Below, in pieces: positions 28,298 to 37,521 of a stretch of DNA of 64,000 nucleotides (within the stretch, counting starts at the first letter, position 1; each line of letters opens with the position of its first letter). The DNA is from Nocardioides sp. (GTDB lineage: Bacteria > Actinomycetota > Actinomycetes > Propionibacteriales > Nocardioidaceae). The stretch is from NCBI GenBank assembly GCA_026786275.1, contig JAJAYJ010000170.1, positions 9,561 through 73,560 on the forward strand, written 5' to 3'. The notes under the pieces are model-generated. The model had not been told where the DNA came from. It saw only the letters and a program-made list of their open reading frames with translations, and searched no databases. The position numbers were made by a program, and so were the translations under genes.

Positions 28298-29260
28298 TCA
28301 GGCCGGATCCGGCGGGGGCTTCGCCGAGTACACGACCATCGAGTCGATGCCGGCCGCAGAGCGGAAGAGGTCGACGGTCAGCGGGCAGGGTGTGCCGCCC
28401 GCGGGCGTCGGGTCGACCTGCAGCCGCAGCGAGGGTCGGTCACCGCCAGCGGCCGGGCGCGGGACACCGCACTGCTCGGGCGGCGGTGCGCCGGTGCTGA
28501 CCACCAGGCGCGGCACACCGTTGTCGGTGGTCGCCGGGGTCGCGAATGCGGTCGCCAGGGTCTCGATGATCGGGCCGAACGGTTCTCGGCTGCTGGCCTC
28601 GCCGAGGTAGACCGAGCGAGGCCCCTGTCCGTCGATGATCACGTTGACCGTGGACGCGAACGCCGGGGACGCCCCGCCCCGGACCCACCGCACGAACGCC
28701 CAGGCGTCGGACCGGGCGCCGTAGACCGCGAGGCAGCTGTCGCCCGAGGCGACCGCCGGTCGCACCGTGACGGTGCTGCCCCGGACGATCCGGGCACCGG
28801 CGGGTGGCTCCGTGCCCATGGTCAGCCCCTGCGGCTCGCACGCCCGCGAAGGCCGCTGCACCACGTCGAAGCCGTCCTGCTGCAGGTCTCGGGTGGCGTC
28901 CGCCGCGGTGTACCCGAAGTACGACGGCAGCGTCCGCACCTCGGGCGGGTCGGGCAACAGCACCACGGTCGCGGCCGCGAGCAGCACCGCGCCCAGGCTC
29001 GAGCCCAGCAGCAACCGTCGTCGTCGACGGCGGCTGGCCTGCTCACCTGGGGGCACCGCCTGCTCGCGCGTGCGGGCCAGCGCCCGGTCCACGGCGGCCA
29101 GCGTCTCGGGGTGCGGATCGTCGGCCCGGGTGATCCTGCGCCGCTGCTGGGCCAGCACCGTGTCGACCAGCGACGGCGCGTCCTCGGTGGGGAAGCCTCG
29201 GTCGACCGCGTACTCGACGAGCCGCGCGCGGCGTGCGGCGACGTACTCGTCGAAGTCCAT
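28298..29260 (-). CDS. Membrane protein: ECF sigma region-2-like N-terminus, TM helix, PASTA domain
   Basis: MDFDEYVAARRARLV...RADDP; RRRRR then TM; LPSYFGYTAADATRDLQQDGF...TEPPAGARIVRGSTVTV; RBS GGAGG. Confidence 0.65.
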   Translation of the reverse strand: MDFDEYVAARRARLVEYAVDRGFPTEDAPSLVDTVLAQQRRRITRADDPHPETLAAVDRALARTREQAVPPGEQASRRRRRRLLLGSSLGAVLLAAATVVLLPDPPEVRTLPSYFGYTAADATRDLQQDGFDVVQRPSRACEPQGLTMGTEPPAGARIVRGSTVTVRPAVASGDSCLAVYGARSDAWAFVRWVRGGASPAFASTVNVIIDGQGPRSVYLGEASSREPFGPIIETLATAFATPATTDNGVPRLVVSTGAPPPEQCGVPRPAAGGDRPSLRLQVDPTPAGGTPCPLTVDLFRSAAGIDSMVVYSAKPPPDPA

Positions 29261-29449
29261 GGCTCGCCTCCGGACCCAGCGTAGTCCGGGGTCGGCGTCG
29301 GCTGGGGTCGGCGTCGACCGGGCCGAGCCGGGGCTCCGGGCGGGGGACCAGCGCGTAGGTCGCGCACTGCCGTTCACCGGTGGCGGGTTCTCCACAGGTC
29401 GGGGACAGGTCACTCGACGTCCCGGTCGTCCCGGCCTGATCCTCACGCC

Positions 29450-30407
29450 ATGCACCAGGACGCGGCACGGTTGCTCCGTGACCAGGCCGGGGTTCTCAGC
29501 CGGCGCCAGGCCCTCGGCGCGGGCCTGTGCGACGTCGAGGTGAGACGGCTGGTCCGCCGGCGTGAGTGGGTGGCGGTCCATCCCGGCGGGTGCGTCGATC
29601 ACACCGGGTCGCTGACGTTGGCTGCAGCGCGCCTGGGCCGCCGTGCTCGGCACGTGGCCGGCCGTGCTGAGCCACCAGTCGGCGATCCGGGCGGGGAGGG
29701 CCCCGGTCGGGTGGTGCGCGACGGGTCGGTGATGCACGTGGTGGTCGCGCGGCACCGGCGACTGGTGGCGCCGCCAGGGGTACGGCTGCACCGGGTCGCG
29801 CGGTTCGACGACCGTGTGCAGTGGAACCTCGGACCGCCCCGGGTGCGGCTTGAGGAGGCGCTGCTCGACCTGGCCGACGAGTCCGCGCGCGACCTCGACG
29901 CGATCGCGCTGCTGGCCGACGCCTGCGGTTCGCGGCGTACGACGCCACGCCGGCTGGTCGATGTGCTCGCGCTGCGGCCGCGGGCCCACCGGCGCGCATG
30001 GCCCTCGGCGGTGCTGCTCGACGTCGCGGACGACCTGCTCGGTGCTGGAACACGCCTACCTGACTCGCGTGGAGCGGCCCCACGGCCTGTCGGTCGGGCA
30101 TCGCCAGGCCGAGCGTCCGGGCGCCGCTCGGCCGGTGTTCCAGGACGTGGGGTATGACGGGCTCGCCCTGGTGGTCGAGCTCGACGGCCGGCTGCACCAC
30201 GACTCGGCCGGGGCCCGGGACCGCGATCTGGAACGGGACCTCGAGCTCGTCGCCGACGGTGGTGTCACGGTGCGCCTGGGGTGGGGTCAGGTGTTCGACC
30301 GACCGTGCCGCACCGCTGAGCGGCTGGCCCTGGTCCTCGGGGCTCGAGAGTGGACCGGTCGGCTGCAGCCGTGTCCGGACTGTGGTGGATCCGGTGAACC
30401 AGGGTGA
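29450..30407 (+). pseudogene. AbiEi-N / DUF559-like (PD-(D/E)xK) protein, frameshifted
   Basis: QAGVLSRRQAL, SHQSA, SVLE, VVELDGRLHH, RDRDLERD distributed over three frames. Confidence 0.75.
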
Positions 30408-30427
30408 CCTGATCGACCACAGTCCGG
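30375..30427. repeat. Long inverted repeat at the 3' end of the AbiEi/DUF559-like gene
   Basis: CCGGACTGTGGT...ACCACAGTCCGG, 12-bp perfect outer stem plus imperfect inner stem. Confidence 0.7.
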
Positions 30428-30429
30428 GG

Positions 30430-33400
30430 CTACAGATCGAACAGCGAGCTCGCCCCGTGGATGTCGGCGTCCGTCGTGGGCTGGTGCGCCTCGCCGCCGG
30501 AGCTGACCGGCGCTGCGGCCGGTTCGGTGACCGGCTCGGCAGACGACGCGGCCACGACCGTCTCCTCGGCGGTGTCCTCGGCGGAGGCGACGCTCGGCTC
30601 CACAGCTGTGTCGGCGGTGGTCTCCTCCTCGGCGGCCGGCGCGACCGGGTCCTCGGCGTCCGGGGTGGGGTCGGCGGAGGCCGTGGCGGTCGTGGCGGTC
30701 GCGGCCGCGCTCAGGGCAGCCCCACCGGAAAGACCGGCCGATGGGGCCGAGGACGGGGTGGTCGGGGTCGTCGTCGCGCTGGCGGTCGGCGCGGGTGCTG
30801 CGAAGGAGAACAGCGACCCGCCCTTGCGGCCCGACCCGGACACCGCAGCGGGGGTGGGCAGTGTGGGCTCGTCCGTCGGCTCGACGGCCGACGTGTCGGG
30901 CTCCGGCGCCCGCTCCGGCTCGGGCTCCGGCGCCGGCGCGACAGCGGGCGCAGCGGCCGCCGGGGCCGGTGCCTCCAGGTCGAAGAGCGACCCGCCCTCG
31001 GGGATCGACGTTCCCGGGGTCGACGCTGCCCGGCTGCCGGTCGGGGCCTCGGCCGCTGCCGGAGCAGCTACCTCCGGGGCCGGTGCCGGCGCCGGCGCCG
31101 CGGGGGCCGTGGGCTCGGACGGTGCGATGTCGAAGAGCGACCCGCTGCCCAGGTCGGTCGCCGGCATCGACGTGGTGGCCGCAGCAGTGACGGGCTCAGG
31201 CTCAGGCGTCGCAGTCTCGGTCGCCGGGGCGTCGGCGTCGTCGCCGAGGTCGAACAGCGAGCCGCCACCCAGAGCGTCGGGCGACGCGGACTCCTTCGCC
31301 GCAGGCGCTGCGGGTGCCGGGGTGTCGAAGAGCGACCCGCCCGAAGATCCGTTGGCCGGGGCCGCCGGGGGTGCCGGGGCCGCCGGGGGCGCCGGGGCCG
31401 CCGGGGTGTCGAACAGCGACCCGCCTGACGAGGCAGGCGTCGCAGCCTTCGCCTCGGCCTTGATCGAGGCGTCGGGCGAGGCGGTCGCGGACTCGGCGGG
31501 GGCGTCGAAGAGCGACGACCCACCGCTGGCCTTGGCCAGCGGCCCCGCGTCGGCGGTCTCGGTGATCGTGTCCGCGGTGATGGTCTCGTCGCCCACCTCG
31601 GGCTCGGCCTTCGTCGCGACGTCTGCCCCGGCCTCGGCCGGCGCGGCCACAGCACCCACGAGCTCCGATCCCGGCGCCAGCTTGGTCGCCATCTCGCCCT
31701 TGACCGAGGCGAGCAGCATCTGCGCGACGTCGAGGACCTCGACCTCCTCGCGGGCCTCGCCCTTGGCCTGCTGGGCGGTCAGCCCGTCCGAGAGCATCAC
31801 CCGGCAGAAGGGGCAGCCCACAGCGATCTGGTCGGCCCCCGTGCCGACCGCCTCGACCGTGCGGTTGACGTTGATCCGCGAGCCGGTGTTCTCCTCCATC
31901 CACATCCGGGCGCCGCCGGCGCCGCAGCAGAAGGACCGCTCGGAGTTGCGCTCCATCTCGACGAGCTGAGCTCCCGGCAGGATCTGGAGCAGCTCACGCG
32001 GCGGTGTGTAGACCCCGTTGTGACGACCGACGTAGCAGGGGTCGTGGTAGGTGATCGTGCGCTGGTGGGCGCCGGCACCCTGGGTGACCGGGGTCAGCTT
32101 GCCCTCGCGGACCAGGCGGTTGAGCAGCTGGGTGTGGTGGATGACCTCGAGCTCGATGCCGAAGGCGGCGTACTCGTTCTTGAGGGTGTTGAAGCAGTGC
32201 GCACAGGTCGAGACGACCTTCTTGGCCTTGGCCTGCGTCAGGGTCTCGACGTTCTGCTGGGCCAGGCCCTGGAACACGAACTCGTTGCCGGCCCGGCGGG
32301 CCGGGTCACCGGTGCAGGTCTCGCCGTTGCCGAGCACCCCGAAGGAGATGCCGGCCAGGTCGAGCAGCTCGGCCACGGCGCGCGTGGTCTTCTTGGCACG
32401 GTCCTCGTAGGCACCGGCACACCCGACCCAGAACAGCCAGTCGACCTCGTCGAGCGACTCGATCCCCCCCTGCTCGGGCGCGGCGCCGACGACCTTGACC
32501 TCGAAGTCCAGGCCCTTGGCCCAGTCCAGCCGCGCGTTGGGCGACATGTTCCACGGGTTGCCCTTGTTCTCGAGGCCCTTGAAGAGACCGTTGAGCTGGG
32601 GCGGGAAGTTGGACTCCACCAACACGGCGTGCCGGCGCATGTCCATGATGTGGTCGACGTGCTCGATGTCGACCGGGCACTGCTGCACGCACGCGCCGCA
32701 GGAGGTGCAGTTCCACAGCACCTCGGCGTCGATCACCGCGGCGCCGCTCTCGGGGTTGTAGAACCACTCGCCGTCGGGCACGTGGCCGACCAGCGGCCGC
32801 TCGACCTCGCGGGTCAGCGTGTCGTTGCCCTCGAGGAGCGCGGCCCGGTCGCCCTCGGCCGCCTGCAGGTAGGGGGCCTTGGCGTACGTCGCGTCCCGCA
32901 GCGCGGTGATCAGCAGCTTGGGGTTGAGCGGCTTCTCGGTGTTCCACGCGGGGCACTGCGACTGGCACCGACCGCACTCCGTGCAGGTGGTGAAGTCGAG
33001 GATGCTCTTCCACGAGAAGTCCTCGAGCGCCCCGACCCCGAGCTTGGAGTCCTCGTCGAGGTCGTCGACGTCGTCGAGGGTGATCGCCCTGCCGGCCGAC
33101 GTCAGCGGCTTCATCGCGCCCAGGGCCGAGCGGCCGGACGGCTCGCGCTTGAACCAGATGTTGAACCACGCGGTGAACCGGTGCCACGCGACGCCCATGG
33201 TGAGGTTGCGGGCGATCACGATCAGCCAGATCATCGCCAGCACGATCTTGATCATCGCGATCGCGAAGATGGTGGTCTCGAGCGTGCCCTGCGACGACGC
33301 GGCGCTCGGGTAGAGCACGTCCCCGAAGTACGAGCTGACCGGGAAGTGGAAGCGGGTGTAGCGGTCCGGGTCGTCGCCGAGCTTGCCGAGGTTGTACTCC

Positions 33401-33924
33401 GCGCCGCGGATGAAGAGGATCGCGGCGCCCTCGAGCAGGGCCATCGCCTCGACGAAGTAGGCCTGCCACATCGTCGAGCGGTAGAAGCGGCTGTTGCGGC
33501 CCTCGCGGCGCGGGTGGTGCTGCTGGCGGTAGATCGCGAGGTAGACGATGCCGACGGTGCCGAGCACCCCGAGGACCTCGCCGAGCCACTCGTAGAGGAA
33601 GAAGTGGCCGACGACCGGCAGCTGGAACTCGGGGTCGAAGAGCTGGAAGTAGGCCGTGAAGACCGCCGCACCGAGCACGATGAAGGCGTAGTAGACGAAC
33701 CAGTGCATCACCCCGACAGCCGTCCACTGCAGCATCCGGGTGTGCAGCATCGTCTCCTTGACCATCGTGACCGTGCGGCCGACGGGGTTCTCGGAGCGGG
33801 TCGTGGTCGGCTGACCGGTGCGCACGACGCCGAGGATGGAGCGCGTGGCCTGGGTAACCAGGACGACGGCGACCACGGTGAGCGCCAACGACACGACGAT
33901 GGCGACGACCTGGAACAGATCCAT
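30430..33924 (-). CDS. Membrane Fe-S oxidoreductase (FadF/EtfD, HdrD-like CCG domains) with a long low-complexity tail
   Basis: N-terminal TMs; CTECGRCQSQCP and CTSCGACVQQCP ferredoxin motifs; WVGC, CTGD, YHDPC, CCGAGG, CPFC. Confidence 0.9.
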   Translation of the reverse strand: MDLFQVVAIVVSLALTVVAVVLVTQATRSILGVVRTGQPTTTRSENPVGRTVTMVKETMLHTRMLQWTAVGVMHWFVYYAFIVLGAAVFTAYFQLFDPEFQLPVVGHFFLYEWLGEVLGVLGTVGIVYLAIYRQQHHPRREGRNSRFYRSTMWQAYFVEAMALLEGAAILFIRGAEYNLGKLGDDPDRYTRFHFPVSSYFGDVLYPSAASSQGTLETTIFAIAMIKIVLAMIWLIVIARNLTMGVAWHRFTAWFNIWFKREPSGRSALGAMKPLTSAGRAITLDDVDDLDEDSKLGVGALEDFSWKSILDFTTCTECGRCQSQCPAWNTEKPLNPKLLITALRDATYAKAPYLQAAEGDRAALLEGNDTLTREVERPLVGHVPDGEWFYNPESGAAVIDAEVLWNCTSCGACVQQCPVDIEHVDHIMDMRRHAVLVESNFPPQLNGLFKGLENKGNPWNMSPNARLDWAKGLDFEVKVVGAAPEQGGIESLDEVDWLFWVGCAGAYEDRAKKTTRAVAELLDLAGISFGVLGNGETCTGDPARRAGNEFVFQGLAQQNVETLTQAKAKKVVSTCAHCFNTLKNEYAAFGIELEVIHHTQLLNRLVREGKLTPVTQGAGAHQRTITYHDPCYVGRHNGVYTPPRELLQILPGAQLVEMERNSERSFCCGAGGARMWMEENTGSRINVNRTVEAVGTGADQIAVGCPFCRVMLSDGLTAQQAKGEAREEVEVLDVAQMLLASVKGEMATKLAPGSELVGAVAAPAEAGADVATKAEPEVGDETITADTITETADAGPLAKASGGSSLFDAPAESATASPDASIKAEAKAATPASSGGSLFDTPAAPAPPAAPAPPAAPANGSSGGSLFDTPAPAAPAAKESASPDALGGGSLFDLGDDADAPATETATPEPEPVTAAATTSMPATDLGSGSLFDIAPSEPTAPAAPAPAPAPEVAAPAAAEAPTGSRAASTPGTSIPEGGSLFDLEAPAPAAAAPAVAPAPEPEPERAPEPDTSAVEPTDEPTLPTPAAVSGSGRKGGSLFSFAAPAPTASATTTPTTPSSAPSAGLSGGAALSAAATATTATASADPTPDAEDPVAPAAEEETTADTAVEPSVASAEDTAEETVVAASSAEPVTEPAAAPVSSGGEAHQPTTDADIHGASSLFDL

Positions 33925-34024
33925 GCAGCTACTCCTCGGCTTCGAGCGTCCGCCAGTGACGACGGGCTGGGGCGAGCCTATGCGCGCGCCGCGGTCGCGG
34001 CCGGCTCGTCCGGGTGTGAGCAAT

Positions 34025-34040
34025 CCTACTGAGTGGTAAC
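34025..34040. promoter_or_regulatory. Operator-like CCTACTGAGTGGTAAC upstream of the fadF/etfD-like gene
   Basis: Matches the motif at 17498-17513 (CTACTG-N3-GGTAAC). Confidence 0.55.
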
Positions 34041-34105
34041 CGCACGCGCGGGTGGGGCATCCCTCACCCGGCGATGCGGTGCGTCGTACGACGCGACCCG
34101 GGGTC

Positions 34106-35293
34106 TCAGCGCGGCACCCGCTCGCCCGTGACCGGGACCAGCGTGACGGCGACGATCGGGAACAGCGCGACCAGCGCGAAGGTGCCCGGGTAGCCGAACG
34201 AGGCGATGCTCAACCCGGCCAGCGGGGGTACGGCGGAGGCCGCGGCGAACTGTGCGGTGTTCTGGGCGCCCAGGGCCCGGCCGGACCAGAACGGTCCGGC
34301 CCGCTCGGCGACCGCGGTGAACGCGAGCCCGTTGTCGGCCACGGTGACCACGGTGGCCAGCACGAGGAGAGGGACGGCGACGGCCCAGTCCCGGCCGGCG
34401 GCGCCGCCCAGCGCGGCCATCAGCACCGCGGCGGCGACCGCGACCCAGCGCAGCGGCCGTAGCCGGCTGCCCACCACGTCGGAGAGCTGCCCCGCGGCGA
34501 TCCGGCCGAGCGCCCCGGCGACCTGGGCGAGCGCAACCAGCGACCCGGCGGCGGCCGGCGACCAGCCCCGGTCGTCCACGAGCCAGACCAGGGCGAAGGT
34601 CCACACCACGAACTGCGGCACGACCAGCAGCACCGAGACCCCGTGGATCCGGGCGAGGTAGTCGTCCGGGGCGTAGGGGTTGGCGGAGGTCGCGACGTCT
34701 CGTTGGGGTCGGGGCGGGTCCAGGACGACGACGACCACGAGCAGCAGCGCGAGGGCGCTGGCGGCGCTCGGCACCCACAGGGCGGTGTGCACGCCGGAGC
34801 GGTCGGCGACCACGGCCATCGTGATCGCGGCGATGCCCACCCCGACGGGCTGCGCCATCTGGCGGATGCCCATCGCGAGTCCGCGCCGGTTCGCCGGGAA
34901 CCATCCCACCACCACCCGCCCGCTCGCCGACGACGTGCTCGCGGCGGCCGCGCCGGCGAGGAACAGCGCGAGCGAGAGCAGCACCAGGTCGCGGGACAGG
35001 GCGGCCACGCCCCCCAGGACGACGGTCAGCGCCAGGCCCGAGATCAGCACGAGCCGCTCGCCGCGTCGGTCGGTCAGCAGGCCCCACGCGATCAGCGCGA
35101 GCACCACCCCGAGCGTCGGTGCGGCCGCGACCAGGCCGGCGCGGGCCAGGCTGAGGCCCTCACGCTCGTGCAGCACCGGGATCAGGAACGCCGCGCCGTG
35201 GATCATCACCGCCGTGGCCGCCTGCGCCGCAGTGCTGGCCGCGAGGATGCCCCAGCGGCGCGCGGTGCCGGGCTCCGCGAGGGTCGAGGTCAC
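34106..35293 (-). CDS. MFS transporter
   Basis: About 12 TMs; WGLLTDRRGER motif A; WFPANRRGLAMGIRQ. Confidence 0.88.
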   Translation of the reverse strand: MTSTLAEPGTARRWGILAASTAAQAATAVMIHGAAFLIPVLHEREGLSLARAGLVAAAPTLGVVLALIAWGLLTDRRGERLVLISGLALTVVLGGVAALSRDLVLLSLALFLAGAAAASTSSASGRVVVGWFPANRRGLAMGIRQMAQPVGVGIAAITMAVVADRSGVHTALWVPSAASALALLLVVVVVLDPPRPQRDVATSANPYAPDDYLARIHGVSVLLVVPQFVVWTFALVWLVDDRGWSPAAAGSLVALAQVAGALGRIAAGQLSDVVGSRLRPLRWVAVAAAVLMAALGGAAGRDWAVAVPLLVLATVVTVADNGLAFTAVAERAGPFWSGRALGAQNTAQFAAASAVPPLAGLSIASFGYPGTFALVALFPIVAVTLVPVTGERVPR

Positions 35294-35408
35294 CGCACGA
35301 TTGAACGCCGGACCGGACCGGGTGCGAGCACCGATCTCGCGGGCCGGCGTGTGAGGTTGTCGACACGGTCGGACGGGACGCGCCGAGCGCAGCGCCCCGT
35401 CCCGTGCG

Positions 35409-36485
35409 TCAGACCTGGGGCTCCGGCATCGGCGCCGGCACCAGGCGGCCGCCGCGCAGCGACCGCAGGCAGCCCTGGCCGTAGCCGACCTTGTCGAGGC
35501 CGTTGAGGTCACCGGCGCCGAAGCGGTTGCGGTAGACACCGTCCGGGTCGGCGTCCCAGAGGGTGTAGTACATGATCTCGGTCGCCGAGGGCGAGTGGTC
35601 CAGACCGAGGGCATGGCCGATCTCGTGCATGATGACGCGGCCCACCGGCGGCTTGAACTTGTCGCGGGTCTCGGTGGCGGGGGTGAACGTGGTGGCGTAG
35701 CTCTCGGTCTTGAAGACCACGCCGGCCTCGCTGGTCCGGACCACCCGCCGGCCCTGGGCGTCGCGGGCCGCGAAGCCCCACAGCGGACCACCGACCCCGG
35801 CCACGCCGGGATCCTTGTCCTGGAAGACCTTAGCCTCCGCGGTGGTCGCCCAGGTGATCAGCAGGTCGGCGCCCGCGCTGGGGCGACCCTTGCCGTTGTA
35901 GGGGATGAAGCTGGTCGAGCCCTTGAATTTGAACCGCATGCCCGTGGCGTGGGAGATCTGCGCGATGGCGGCCTGGACGGTGGCCAGGGCCTCGGGGCCG
36001 ACGTCGTCGGTGTTCACCTTATAGGTGACCGGCTGGCAGGGGTTGAAGCGCGGTGTCTTGGCCACGCTCCGGCCCAGCAGCCGGAAGTCCGACTTCGTGC
36101 CCACGGGGTCGTAACCGGGAGAGACCCGGGCCTTGGTGCCCTTCGAGAACGCGGGGCGCCCGGGCGCGAAGACCCGCACCTTGTGGGTGCCGACCCAGTC
36201 GAGCGTGCTCGCGAGCCGGTAGGAGCCGTTGCCCGTACTGCGCCGGGACTTCAGGGTCTGCCAGCCGCTCTTGGTCCGGACCTGCAGCTGCACCTGGCGC
36301 TTGCCGCCCGGCACCTTGCCGTGGACCTGCAGCTTGTCGGTGCCCGCGACGTACGACGAGACGTCCCAGGTCGCCGAGCCCTTCGTGCCGGCGGCCTGAG
36401 AGGTGCTGACGGGCAGGGCGGCGAGCAGGGCCGCCAGCACGCTGAGCGTGACGGCGACGACGAGGGGAGCACGGGTGCGGGACAT
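35409..36485 (-). CDS. Secreted matrixin-family zinc metalloprotease
   Basis: Signal peptide; HEIGHALGLDH zinc motif and Met-turn (EIMY). Confidence 0.88.
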   Translation of the reverse strand: MSRTRAPLVVAVTLSVLAALLAALPVSTSQAAGTKGSATWDVSSYVAGTDKLQVHGKVPGGKRQVQLQVRTKSGWQTLKSRRSTGNGSYRLASTLDWVGTHKVRVFAPGRPAFSKGTKARVSPGYDPVGTKSDFRLLGRSVAKTPRFNPCQPVTYKVNTDDVGPEALATVQAAIAQISHATGMRFKFKGSTSFIPYNGKGRPSAGADLLITWATTAEAKVFQDKDPGVAGVGGPLWGFAARDAQGRRVVRTSEAGVVFKTESYATTFTPATETRDKFKPPVGRVIMHEIGHALGLDHSPSATEIMYYTLWDADPDGVYRNRFGAGDLNGLDKVGYGQGCLRSLRGGRLVPAPMPEPQV

Positions 36486-36648
36486 GCGGGGTGAACCTCC
36501 GGGGTGGATGAGAAGAGGGTGGGATCGGGGCTGCGGGACGGTTCCGGGCACGAGTCCGAGTCGGCCCCTGGCCCCGGCAGCCCTGGCCGCAGCCGACCCG
36601 ACGCCACGGGGGATTTACCCCCTGGTGCGGGGCTCAAACCGGGTCCGG

Positions 36649-37521
36649 TCAGCCGGTCAGGGCGGCGATCGCCTCGGCGATGCTCAGGGTGCGCCGGGCG
36701 GACTCCACGTGCAGGTTCTCGACCATCCGACCCTGGTAGGTCACAACCCCTGATCCCCGGCCGTCCTCCCAGGCCCGCAGGACGCCGCGGGCGTCCTCGA
36801 CGGCCTGCGCGGACGGTGCGAACGCCTCGTTGGCCGACTCGACCTGGCCGGGGTGGATCAGCGTCTTGCCGTCGAAGCCCATCTCGCGGCCCTGCTGGCA
36901 CTCGGCCAGGAACCCCTCGGCGTCCCGCACGTCGTTGTAGACGCCGTCGAGGATCACCTTGCCGGTGGCCCGAGCGGCGAGCAGGGCCAGCGACAGACCG
37001 GTCAGCAGCGGCTGGCGCCCCGGCACGTGCTCGGCGTACAGCTCCTTGGCCAGGTCGTTGGTGCCCATCACGAACGCGGTCAGGCGCTCGGATGCCGCCC
37101 CGATCTCCTCGGCGTGCAGCATCGCGACCGGGGTCTCGATCATCGCCCAGAGCGCGGTGTGGTCGGGTGCACCCGCCTGCTCCATGGCCTCGACCAGGGC
37201 GTGGACCTGGGCGGCGCTGTCGACCTTGGGCACGACGACCGCGTCCGGGCCGGCCTGGCTGGCGGCGACGATGTCGTCGGCATGCCAGGGCGTGCCGATC
37301 CCGTTGACCCGGATGGTCAGCTCGCGCCGGCCGTAGGCGCCGGACGCCGCCGCCGCGCAGGCCGCTTCGCGGGCGGCGGACTTGGCGTTCGGGGCCACCG
37401 AGTCCTCGAGGTCGATGATGACGGCGTCGATCGGCAGGGTCTTGGCCTTCTCCAGGGCCTTGGCGTTCGAGCCGGGCATGTAGAGGACGCTGCGACGGGC
37501 CCGAAACCGGGTGTCGGTCAT
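36649..37521 (-). CDS. CitE-family CoA-ester lyase / (3S)-malyl-CoA thioesterase-like
   Basis: RRSVLYMPGSN, DLEDSV, MIETP, MGTNDL, GFDGKTLIHP. Confidence 0.88.
   Translation of the reverse strand: MTDTRFRARRSVLYMPGSNAKALEKAKTLPIDAVIIDLEDSVAPNAKSAAREAACAAAASGAYGRRELTIRVNGIGTPWHADDIVAASQAGPDAVVVPKVDSAAQVHALVEAMEQAGAPDHTALWAMIETPVAMLHAEEIGAASERLTAFVMGTNDLAKELYAEHVPGRQPLLTGLSLALLAARATGKVILDGVYNDVRDAEGFLAECQQGREMGFDGKTLIHPGQVESANEAFAPSAQAVEDARGVLRAWEDGRGSGVVTYQGRMVENLHVESARRTLSIAEAIAALTG

Noticed and set aside
36490-36645. c-di-AMP (ydaO) riboswitch upstream of the metalloprotease
   Set aside because: Only a GGGGTAAATC resemblance; the conserved GAATCC, GGAACC and CCCGTCAGCTAAC elements are missing. 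An Infernal/Rfam search would settle it.
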